Assembly (NCBI RefSeq): GCF_009834535.1
Contig: NC_045697.1
Location: 17,362,001-17,426,000, forward strand
Length of the DNA: 64,000 bases
Source of the DNA: Camelus ferus
Taxonomy: Eukaryota
Direction: 5' to 3'
Part shown: positions 40,900 through 52,955 of the stretch, one piece after another
Numbering within the stretch: position 1 is the first letter of the stretch
Layout: every line of letters starts with the position of its first letter
The notes under the pieces: generated by a model
Seen by the model: the letters and a program-made list of their open reading frames with translations, nothing else
The model's database searches: none
Told to the model about the DNA's origin: nothing
Translations under genes and position numbers: made by a program

Positions 40900-41389
40900 T
40901 GCTATGGACTGAATGCTTGTGCCCCCCAAATTCACACATTGAACCCCTAACCCTCAATGTGATGGCATTTAGAGGTGGGGCCTTTGGGACATAATTAGGT
41001 TTAGATGAGATCATGTGGGTGGGGCCCTTATGATGGGATTAATGCCGTTATAAAAAGAGGAGGAGACAGGGCATCTCAGTCCCTCTGCGTGTGTACACCA
41101 AGGATATAAACAGAAGGAAAGCTCTAACCAAGAAGCCAACCAAGGCACCCTGATCTCAGACTTCTAGGCTTCAGAACTGTGAGAAATATACGTTTTCTTA
41201 AAAAAATTTATTGAAATATAGTTAATTTACAATATTATATTAGTTTCAGGTGTACACATATTGATTCAATATTTTTATAGATTATGCTCCACTTAAAGTT
41301 ATTACAAAATAACTGCTGTAGAGAAATAAATGTTTGTTATTGAAGCCACTCAGTCAATGGCCTTTTGTTACTGCATCTGAGCTAAGACA
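40900..41389 (+). mobile_element. MLT1A-like MaLR LTR with an inserted minus-strand L1 tail (~41200-41320)
   Basis: TGCTATGGACTGAATG start, GAGCTAAGACA end, duplicated CTGT(A)GAGAAATA around the L1 piece. Confidence 0.78.
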
Positions 41390-42329
41390 CACATGTACTG
41401 ATGAGTACTGAGCTGAACCCTCAAGGAGAACTCTCTGCTGATCTTCCAGGCTCTCTCTGGGCTCTTTATCTGTGGCCTGCTCCATAAATTCCAGCTGCCT
41501 TGACCTCCTCAGGGGTCAGAGGCCACTCTGTTTAGGTGCTCCTTCCTGTGCTGCAGCTAAGTTCTCTCCAGGCAGAACGCTCAGGCAATCTTAGGGTTCA
41601 CATTTTTTTTCTTTCTCTGTGCTACATGTTGTCCAATACCTTTAAACTGTTGTTTTACATACTTTTTACAGTGATTTCATTATATAGGGAGGAGTCTGAA
41701 TCTGGACCCTGTTGTTTCATCATGGCCAGGAGCAGAGTCTGTACAGTATGTTAGTAAACTAGCTATACCATAGACTCAGTGTTCCAATATCTAGTAGGGA
41801 AAGTCTTCCCTCATTTTTCTTTTTATTTCAAATCTTTCATGGCCATTTGGATCCCTTTCTCGTTCATATAAATTCTATAGCCAGCTTAATCAATTCTCTT
41901 AAAAAGTCCTGTTGGGTTTTGGGTTGGGATTGAATTAAATTTATGTACTAATACAAGATATAAATGATATCCTTATGTTTGTGTATACCTTGCCCTTGGA
42001 TGAGGAAAGTTAATTTCATAAAATGTTACTTGTCAGCTGCTGGATGCTTTTGATAGCCTGAAAGAGGAGAATGCATGATACAACTGGATTGGGCATTTGA
42101 AGACCCAATGAAAGACAGGCTGGCCAATTCAAGGCTGATAAACTAGAAGGAGTTGGGAACTCTTTTGGATGAAAACATTAAAATTCTAAAGGTTAAGGAG
42201 ATAGACTGATCTCTGAGATAGTTTGTTATATGAGAAAACAAGATGGAGAGAAGTATATATGATTTTATATTATTTAAGAAAAGGGAGATACACTTACACA
42301 TATATACATGCTATGTATGTATACACATG

Positions 42330-45300
42330 TGCATAGAACTATAACTATTTAAATTTAAAAATGCAAAGTTAACTATAAAAGCAGTCTTAAATAACTTCCT
42401 GTAGGGAAGTAGTGAACAAGCTCAGATGGAAGCTGGGCTTTTCTGAATATACCCTGCTTTTAGATTTGACTTTAAAACTGTATATATTTTACACAGTTAT
42501 ACATCAAGCTTAAATTCTTAAAAAGCATTCCCTAAACACTGAACGTAAAATAAAACCAATGAACCCAACCCAACTAGAATCAGTTTGGTGGCACAGCTAC
42601 CTAGAGAGAACAAATTTAAAGTGACTTTTAAAACATGGTAATTTGATACCCCATCCCTAGTGGGATATGCCTTAAGGACAAAAAAAGAATTGCAAAAAAA
42701 TATCTTAACCTGATCTCGCAAATCCTACGTTTTTGAGGCAGTTTGAGACCGTTACTTTGAGACTTCAGTATACACAGAGGGCCTAAAGTAAGTAAGTAAT
42801 TCTGTTGGGATTGTCAACAACCGAAATTTTTTGGCATGGTAGAAATGAGATCAATGAGTTAAGTAATAACCCTGTAGCCTTTAATTTGAATAGAAACTGT
42901 TAGTATAAACTCATGACATGTAATCTTAGCCAACAAACACCATTTTCTACTCTGCCCACTGAAAAAGTCCAGAAACAGTGACTAAGCTAGCAACATCAAG
43001 TGCCCAGATGGTGTTCCAAAATTCCATCTCACCTAGGAGGCCACAGGGCCCCTTGGACTACAGCTGTGACAGATCTAGGGCAGGAAACACACCACCTGCC
43101 CTGAGTCACTGAGCTTCCTGCCCTCTGGTGCGACCTTAAATATTCCCAGGGCTGTGTCTAAAGGCCTCACAAACCAACCTGAAGAGGCTTTCAAAGGCCA
43201 CTGAAACATAAGAATAGTAACTATGAGAGATTTTAATACATCCAGTATGATTATGCCCACTAGTTCATAACAAAGCTAACAAAACAAAACTTAGTGATCA
43301 CATTTAAAAAAATTCTAGGAAGTCAGTTCTTCTGAAGTCAACCCCTTATCTTCTTCTGCATAACCTGTATCTCCAAGTTCTCAGGTGATTGAAGCACCTT
43401 TGTAGAAGAAATGTCTAAAGCTGCTTCCGTTAACGAAGAAGGAATGATGGAATCCATACATCACCACCGTGCAAGTTCTGACAAATCCATGGACAGAGGC
43501 GTGCTGAGCAACAGAGAGAGACAGTCAGACCTCCTGTGCTGTCTTCTGTGAAGAATATTTGCCAGAAAATTGAACCTGAGTCTGATCAAACTTCTAAGTT
43601 CTAACTAACCACCAATATGCAGAAGCTGCAGGGGACAGAGGTTTACATGAAATAACACCGCAGAGGTGCAATTATCAAAATTCAGGTTAAGAAATGCTAC
43701 TGAAAACACAGCCCATTTTCTTCAGTAATTGCAAGGAAAAAGTGTGACAGAGAAGTAGTATATAGGTTAAAAAAATATTTAAAGACCTGCCACCAGCAAC
43801 TGCAATTTATGGCCTTATGTTGACCCTGAGTCTAACAAGTAGGCTAAATGATCATGAGGTACTTGAGATTTAAACAGTGACTAGACATTTAATTATCTCA
43901 AGAAATTGTTGTTAATTTTTAAGATGTGATAATGGTATTTCTTTTTTAAAGAAATATATACTGAATCTTATAGGTAAAAAATAACAATATTCACCATAAA
44001 CAAATATAACACAATTTGTTTATTATCCTAACAGGTTTTTGGTGGGGGAGTGGGGGTTGGGAGTTGGATACAATTATTTTAAAATCCATATGGAAATATA
44101 AATGCCTGAATAGCAAAGAAAACTATAAAGAAGATAAATAATGAGAGACTTGCCTTGAACTGAAAGCCACTGTAATAAGAATCACAGTAATACAACCAGC
44201 ATGGTATTGGCGTAGGAGTAGACAAATCAGTGGAACAGAAGAGCGGATCCAAAAATAGATCTCAGCATATATCATCATTTAATATGTGACAAAGGTAGTA
44301 TTTCAATTCTGTGGGAAAAAATGGTTTATTTAATAAATAGTGCTGGCATAACTGGCTGTTCATCTAGAACAAAATGAACTTGCATCCCAATTTCACAACA
44401 AATCCAAAAATAAATTCCAAGTGGATTAAAAACTTAAATGCAAACAATAAATCTTAGGAGAACACTTAGGTGACTGCATGGAAATGTAGGGGACAGAGAA
44501 CACCTTTTAAACTAAAATCAGAAACCTGGAAAGTATAAAAGGCAGACATATTTGACTATCTGAAATGTAAAATGTAAAACTTATGTGGCAGAAGACACCA
44601 TAAACAAAGTCAAAAGTCAAAATATGCATTTAGAAAAATACATATAATTCAAGTAACAGATAAAGGGTTAGTATTTCTTATATGCAACAAATTCTTACAA
44701 AGTGATAAAAAAAGGATAAACCCTTCCAATTTTTAAAGAGAGCAGAGTGTATAAACAGGCAATTCACAGAATAGCAAAACCGAATGGCTAATAAACATAT
44801 TAAAAGGTACGCAAACTCACCAGTGGTCAGGAAACTGCAAATTAAAATAATAATGAGACATTACACCCATCAGACAGGCAAAAAATTAAAAAGAATGATT
44901 TTATCTATTGCAGTCTCATGCATTGCTTGTGAAAATGTGAATTGTTATTGCCTTTTGGAAAAAAAAAGACCTAACAGCATCTATTAAAGAATCCACATAC
45001 CCTTTGACCCAATGATTGCACTGCTGGGAATGTAGCCAGTAGGAATAAAAGAACCAGTATGGAAAGCTATATGTAAACTTATTTATTGCAGAATTATAGT
45101 AGCAAAAAACTAAAACAAAGTGAATATGCATCCATAAGGAAATGATTGAATAAGTTGTGTGTGGTAGCTACATCATAAAATACTATGCAGCTACTAAGAA
45201 GAAGGAATTAGAACTACTCCCCATGAATTAAAAGAATTTCTTCAGGATGTTGAGTGATAAATGCAAGATGCTGACACTTGTGCATATTATGGTTCCCAGC

Positions 45301-45960
45301 TATAAACTAGTGTATGAGTGTATGTATGTATGTATGAGCATGTGTATATGTGTAAATGTATGTATTTGTATGCAAACTTCAGTTTGCTTATGATAACATG
45401 AGCTTAGGGAAAAAGCATGAAATGCTCTACAGGGTGTTGTTGACAAAAGCTATGCCAGATTGGGGATGGGGGGGTTAGACTTGGATAGATGCTGGGAAAG
45501 GATAAAGGAGAAAATTTTAATTTAAATTTTTTTAACTAGCATGATTATAGCATAAACATACACAAGTATGTGTATATAAAATATATACATGTATAATGTG
45601 TGTGTGTATGTATGTGATATATATTAAGGGAAAAAGCTAGAGTTGAATCTTTATCAACAAATTTGCAGAGATGTCCATGATATGTTGTTAAATTTTTAAA
45701 GGCTGGTAATGTGTATGGTATGATTCTATTTTGTCAAAACAAAGCACATATAAACAAACCACTATAACTGTGGGCTTCATAAATGCTTGTAATACTGAAT
45801 GAGCCATGAAAAAGATGTGAAGGGATAAATGCCAGGTTGTTAACATTTGTTACCTCAAAGAGGGTTGAGATGGGGCTGAAATGATGATTAACTTTTTCCT
45901 TTACACATCATTGTACTGGTTTACTTGTTACAATAAAACTGTATTGCTTTATAATTTGAG
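42330..45960 (+). mobile_element. Old L1 fragments (L1MC/MD/ME-type 3' UTR and ORF2 3' part)
   Basis: ORF2 relics at 44060-45300 (ORF 44784..44987 MANKHIKR...KLQIKIIMRH) and L1MC-like UTR motifs. Confidence 0.65.
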
Positions 45961-46179
45961 AAATGTCAAGCAGAGAAAACAAAGAAAAGAACATAGTCTT
46001 CCATCTACAGAAGATATTATCTTTCATTATATATTGAAATATTTTTCTCCCCCTTAAATGAAGTTTCTTTATAGTTGTTGTTTTCTTAATCGGGAATGAG
46101 TGTTTAAAGTTTATCAATTGTTTTTGGCATCTATTAAGATGATTATCTGGTTTTTCTTCTTTAATCAGTTAATGTCACT

Positions 46180-47320
46180 TTTCCCTTCAATATCTGTATT
46201 TTCCCATTTGGTTATCTTATTCAGCCTCAAGGCTTCAGACATCATACATGTTCCAACAATGCCCCAGATGCGTATCTCTAGCCCAGACTTCTCTTCCAAA
46301 CTCCAGATCCTGGATAACTGCCTATTGACATCTGCAATTGAAAGTCTAATTGATATTTCAAACTCAACATGTCCAAAATGAAACTCATAACCACCTCTCC
46401 CAAATTCCACCAAACTCACTCGACATGCAGCTGTCTTTATTTCAGGTGAGGACAACCGCATCTAACCAGTGCTCAACGCCAGAAAATATGTGTCATCTGT
46501 GACTTTTTCCCTCACACTCTGCACTCAATGCATCAGGAAATCCTGTTCATTCTACCTTCAGAATATATTAGAATTGATCACTTTCATTACCACCACAGCT
46601 TCCATGCTGGTCAGAGCTGCCATCCTCTCTCACCTGCATTACTGATCATCCTGTGTCTGTTCTTGACCTCCTACTTGTCTATTCTCAACATGACCCCCAG
46701 AATCAAGCCCTTTATAATGTATATGAGATCACTTCACTCCTTTGCTCAAAATCATGCACTCTTCTCTCCGCGTCCACACACTTTCCCCTGCCACTGCCTC
46801 CCATTTCATTTAGATTAAAACCCAAGGTACGTACAAGTTCTACACAGTCTCCCTGCGACCTCTTGACCTCATCTCCATCCACTCTCCTCCTGGCTTACTC
46901 CACCACAGCCATTCCAGCTTCCTCGGGGTCCCTAGAACAGGACAGGCACAACTCTCCCACCCTGGAGACTTCACACTCACTGTTCCTTCTGCTTTGAATG
47001 CCCTTCCCCCAGATAGCTCACTCCTCTTCTCAATGAAGCCTGTCCTAACCACTTTATTAAATATCCTGCCTCCTACCCCGCCACAACAAATCTCTTTTAC
47101 CCTCATCTACTTTTTCATTTTCCATAGCATTCATCCTCTTCTCCATCCTGAAATATTTATTAAGTTTGTCTTGTCTGTCTCAGTCCACTGGAATAGAAGC
47201 TCCAACAGGACAAGAACCTTGTTTTGTTCATCAGTGTGCCCCAAATGCCTAGAACACTGCCTGACCCATAAGAGCTGCTTGACAAATATTTACTGAGTAA
47301 AAGAATGAATCAGTGAATTG
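46180..47320 (+). mobile_element. L2a-like 3' fragment
   Basis: CAAACTCAACATGTCCAAAATGAAACTC ... AAATATTTACTGAGTAAAAGAATGAAT. Confidence 0.8.
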
Positions 47321-50159
47321 CATTCATTAGTTCCAAGCATGGAGCGCCCCCAAACTGGTCCTCTCAATGCTGTGATTCCTCTCTTGTATGTGTTTTGATC
47401 TGTAATGTTCTACAGGATTTTTAGATTTCTCTTAAGTGTGACTCTTTTTGCTTTTCCTCTTTAAGGAATCATTCCAAATTTCTGGCTCATTAATGAAGCT
47501 TTTTTATTGTTTCCCCACACTGTTATAGATTTTTTTTAAAGTACCTCTATGGTGATTTCATAGGATTTGGTGGGGGAAGAAAGGCAGATGTCTGTGCTCA
47601 CTCCTCCCATCCTTGACCTCAGAGAATTGGGAGTTTGTTAGTGTGAGTCAGTCCCTCTGGGTCTAAGTGAATCTGATGAACTTGAGTTACTGGACTTTGG
47701 GCCCCAGTGACCCCATCAATACAATGTAGCCTTATGAAGCCTGGCTCGGCCAATAGCTGCCCTTCCTCTAAGATCTCCAGCTCCAGTCCGTCAAATATAA
47801 CACTGCTCTCATTAACCAAGATATTATAAAATATGTTTTTCAATTCAGAAAGGAAATGAATTGCAAAAAAAGCTAGATAATAAAAATGAAGTTCTAATGC
47901 CTGACACCACATTTCCTTCTTACTAATCGACTCAATCTTAAAATCAAAGATATCCACCCACATTCTTAGGGAACTCATTGAAAATCTTATGCAGCTGAAA
48001 AATTTCTAATCTCCTTTTACTATGGCTCTACTAGTCAATTAAAGACTTTTCAGAATGTAAAATGTGCATTTTATGTCTATTTTCAAAGTCACTAAAGACC
48101 AGATTTTGACCGTTGATTTATATGCTGAATATGCCTGCCCTATGAAAAGAAACTTGGTTAATTTGGGAGTTTGGGAGTGTGCTAAACTATTTTTATCTAA
48201 CTTTCCTACCAGCATAGCATTTATAAACCACAGAAAAACATACTTTTTATTCCCTTATTTTAAAAAAAGTATATTCTCAATGCTTTTAGTTTTCTACTTT
48301 TACATAATTTCATGACCATGTTGGAGTTGGAAACTGTTCATTGTGAACCTATTTATCCAAGGCCAAATATGAATTAACATAGATGACAAAATCACAAAAA
48401 TGTGACCAAAATTGATATTTTTAAAAATGTGACTTGCCCTTTGACTACTAATCTCTACCAATATTGAGAAGAGACCTTGAGCTATCAACTGAGCCAGCAA
48501 CCCCCCGCCGTTGACACGCCAGTTGTCAACTGGATAAATTGGTTTTCCAGATCTTTGTGTTCAATCAATACACCCATGTCCTTGGTCTCCTGCTAACAGT
48601 CTTATCCTTTTCCCTTATCTTCCTCAAGATACACAAAGTAAGAACTCCCATTTGTAAGCCATTGGTATAAAGGGTTTCTATCACCTTGGGAAAGAAAACC
48701 TGTGGGAATGGAGGCCTTCACCTTATTCTAGAGTTTATTCCATTGTTCAAGCACCCTGATAGTAAATAAGTTCTTCCCTGTGCTCATGCAGAATTTTTTA
48801 TTTTTCTGTAAGCTTGTTTTCTTTTAATCAGAATTCTTGGACATGGAAAATCGTTTTCATCATCCTCTGTATTATCCTTGGAGACAATGCACAAGATCTC
48901 TTTTTGGTCTATTCTATTTTAATTTTTACTCATGAAAAAATGGAAACCTACTTTTAATTTCCCATGATTTTTGGATGCTGTTCAGCAATTCCATGTGATT
49001 ATTGAAATGTGGCCAAAATGGGACCCCATTTACTAGCTCTTTGTTGAGATGGTAGCTTTTGAAAGATTGGAACAATAGGAGAGATTAAACAGGAAATGAC
49101 AGATTGAACTTTCTAAAAATTTTGAATTTCAGTATCATGAAAATTAATAAAGCTGGCTAGTAAAGTATTTGTATCACATTACAACTGTAGAAAATTCATA
49201 TCTATACAATCTAAAGAATTTACTTGTATGTAAATCTGCTTATACATCAGACTTGATTTTTAATGAATACTCATATTCATTTTTAATATTTTGATATTTT
49301 CATTTAAAAACTTGTTTTGAGTAATATCAAGACTCCAGCAGATACATAAAGCATGAATAGATAATACCCTCATTGGCCAACACTCACTTTTTCTCAGAAT
49401 CTAGTTGACATGGCCTGTCTTAGAAACCCTCAAGGAACTCCTAGGGAAAGTAAGCTCTTCTTCAAACCCTGTGATTCTATGTTCTATAACACACTGTACT
49501 GCTCTTATTATAGTAGTCACTTTATTCAGCAATTATTTATATGACTGTCCTCCCTACTAGAAATGACCACTTTGATACAGTATCAGAGCAGGGACCACGT
49601 CTTTGCTTCATTATCTTTTCATTGTCTAACATGGTGTGTGCTACAAGCAGTAGGTGCTTCATAATTGCTTATAGGATGAATTCATTCATGTTAAAATAAT
49701 TGTAAATAGTAATTATAGAATTATAGAAGAGACCTCCCTTCTCAAGCTCTTAATCAGAGGTAAGCAATATAATGCAATATTATTTTGTTCAAGAAGGTTT
49801 TAATGTGTTAATGGACATGTGTTCTTTTTGCCTGGGAATTTTAAAAATATGAATATTATTAATAGGTATGGAGAGATAGTTCTCCTGAAATTAATTTATA
49901 AAGTCAGTATAATGCAAGTCAGAATGCAGGGTTTTTAAAAACTTAGCACACTCATTCTGAAGTTCATCTAGAGAAACAAACATAAGAGCCAGACGAAAAA
50001 ATCTGCAGATAAAAAGAAATAATAAAGGGAAATATCCCTATCAAACATTTAAATGTTTAATTAAATTACAGTAATCAACATGCTGTGAATTAATATGGAA
50101 ACAGAAAGAGTATATTCAATGCATAGAATGGAAAATTCAGAAATGATCAGGAGCAGGGG

Positions 50160-50487
50160 CAATATTTCATTCCTTTTTATGGCTGAGTAATATTCCATTA
50201 TATATATATAAAATCTTTTTTTATCCATCTGTGGATGGACACTTAGGTTGCTTCTATGTGTTGGCTATTGTAAATAGTGCTGCTGTGAAAAATGGGGTGT
50301 ATGTACCTTTTTGAATTAGAGTTTTTATCTTTTCCAGATATGTTCCCAGGAATGAGATTGCTGGATCCTATGGTAACTCTACTTTTAGTTTTTTAAGGAG
50401 CCTCCATACTATTCTCCATAGGGGCTGCATCAATTTACATTCCCACCAACAGTGTAGGAGGGTTCCCTTTTCTCCACATCCTCTCCA
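50160..50487 (-). mobile_element. L1 ORF2 3' fragment
   Basis: TTTTTATGGCTGAGTAATATTCCATT...CAATTTACATTCCCACCAACAGTGTAGGAGGGTTCCC. Confidence 0.85.
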
Positions 50488-51524
50488 GATGAATGCACCT
50501 ATTTTTAAAAAAATCAAAGTTAATGTAAAAAAAAAAAAAAAAAGTCCATGATGTTAAAAAAAAAAAAAGCCTATGATAAATGAAATACCAAAAATTTAAA
50601 TCAAGTCCTGCAATTACATGACTTGCCTCCCTCACCTCCCCTAATACTGGTCCCCTTGCATTCTGTCTTTATTTAAAATTTTGGTTTTTTATTAATCATT
50701 GATTGTTTTAAAAAAATTTTTTTTTGTTTTGAAATAATTATGCATTCACAGGAAATTAACAAAGATAGTACAGAGAGAATCTGTGTATCCTTTACTTAGT
50801 TTCCCACAATGGTTACATGTCATATTACCATAGTACAATGTCAAAACCAGGAATTTGACGTCAGTACAATGAGTGTGTATTGTCCTGTCATCTTACAGCA
50901 TGTGTAGACACATGTAACTACCACTACAATCAAGATGCTGAATGATCCCATCCCCTGCAAGATCTCCCTCCTGTCTTTTACAGTCACACTCATTCCTTCC
51001 TCTGCCCCATCCTTACTTTCTAGCAAAAACTAGTCTAATTTCCACATCTGTAATTTTGTTGTTTTAAGAATGGAATGGAATATAAATATAAATGGACTCA
51101 TACAATATGTGACCTTTTGAGACTGGGTTTTTTAATTTAACATAATGACCTTTTAAAATTCATCCGAATTGTTGTGTGCATCAGTAGTTTTTTCCATTGT
51201 GGAGTAGCATTCCATAGCAAGGATGTTACCATACTATTTGTTCAGGGGTTCACCTATTGAGGGAAATTGTAGTTGTTTCCAGTTTTTTGTTATTACAATT
51301 AGTATTGCTGTGAAAAATCATGTCCCAGCATTTGTGAAGATGTAAGTATTCATTTCTCTAAAATAAAAACCCCAGAGTACAATTGCTTTGTTATATCATA
51401 AGTGTATGTTTAATTTTTAAGAAACTAACAAACTGTTTTCCTAAGTGGCTGTACCATTTTACATCCCCACCAGCAATATGTGAGTAATCCAGTTTCTTTG
51501 CATCCTCTCTGGCATTTAGTGTTT

Positions 51525-52138
51525 GTTATGGGCTGAATAATGTCTTCCCTAAATTTGTATGTTGAAGCCCTAACCCCCAGTACATCAGAATGTGACTGTA
51601 TTTGGAGATAGGATCTTTAAAGAGATAATTAAGGTTAAATGAGGTCATTGGTGTGTGGACCGTCATCCAGTAAGACTGGTCTCTTTTTGCAGATTCTAAC
51701 TACTGTATATAAAATAGATAAACAGAAAGTTTCTACTGTATAACGCAGGAAACTATATTCAGTATCTTGTAGCAACCTATAATGAAAAAGAATATGAAAA
51801 GTAATGTATGTATGTATATGTATGACTTAAACATCATGCTGTACACCAGAAACTGACACAACATTGTAAACTGACTATACTTCAATAAAAAATAAAAATA
51901 AAAAAGTGCAGGGGGAAAAAGAGAGATTAGGACTAAACAAATACAGAGAAAAAATCATGTGAAAACACACGGCCACCTACCCAGAAGTCCAGGAGAGAGG
52001 CTCAGAATGAAATCAACCCTGCCCTGCCGACACTTTGTTCTCAAACTTCTAGCCTCCAGAACTGTGAGAAATAAATTGCTGTTGTCTTCAGCCACCCAGT
52101 CTGTGGTATTTGTTATGGCAGTTTAGTAAACGAATGCA
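51525..52138 (+). mobile_element. MLT1B-like LTR containing a younger L1 tail (~51688-51905)
   Basis: TGTTATGGGCTGAAT...CAGAATGTGACTGTATTTGGAGATAGG...CCAGAACTGTGAGAAATAAA. Confidence 0.8.
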
Positions 52139-52678
52139 GTATTGTCACAGTTTTTTATTTTAACTGTCTGACAGGTATGTAGTGACATCTCATTGTACTA
52201 TTAATTTGCATTTCCCTAATGGCTAATGATGTTGAACATCTGCTCATGTGCTTATTTGCCACTTGTATATCCTTTTTGGTAAAATGTCTCTTCGTGTCTT
52301 TTGCCTGCTTTCTACTTGGATTGCTTGTTTTCATAACGTTGACTTTTAAGTGTTCTTTGGATAGTCTAGAAATGAGACCTTTGTCAAATATGTGATTTGC
52401 AAATATTTTCTCCCAGTCTGTAGCTTGCTTTTTCATCCTTTTAACAGGGTCTCTCACAGAGGACATTTTAATGTTGATAAAGTCCCATTTATCCATTTCT
52501 TCTTTCGTGGGTTGTGCCTTTGGTGTTATATCTAAGAACTCTTCACTAAGTCCTAGGTCCTGAAGACTTTCACCGATATGATCTATTAAACATTTTATAG
52601 CTTTATGTATTACATTTAATTCTATGATCCATGTTGTGCTAATTTTAAATAATGTGTGAGGTTCAGGTCAAGTTTTAC

Positions 52679-52955
52679 TTTTTTTTTTTTTTTTCAATTC
52701 CCATTATTTTTGGCTCTTGGGGCAATGTCGTTTTTTCAATATGAAAAAAAGCAGCAAGTTCAACACAAAATAGAAATCTGAAATGTAGAAATAAGATGAA
52801 ACCAAGGTTGGCGGGGGGAGGCAATGGCAAAAGTAAGAGATGAGATGTTGCCGAGAGATGGAGGGTACCCTGTCCCCTTTCTAGGGAATGACAGACATTT
52901 AGGTGGTAGCACACATCTTTCCAGAAACATACAGAGGGCTGACTTTTTGTTTTTG
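52679..52955 (-). pseudogene. Retroposed mRNA 3'-end fragment with poly(A)
   Basis: T16 run, AATAAT-like signal ~10 nt from the tail, and non-L1 sequence interrupting a continuous L1. Confidence 0.65.

Noticed and set aside
50527..50570. Two A runs suggesting a twin-primed L1 with transduction
   Set aside because: No TSD found, and the flanks match the A-rich arm of a MER96B-like MITE, so these are probably expanded internal runs.
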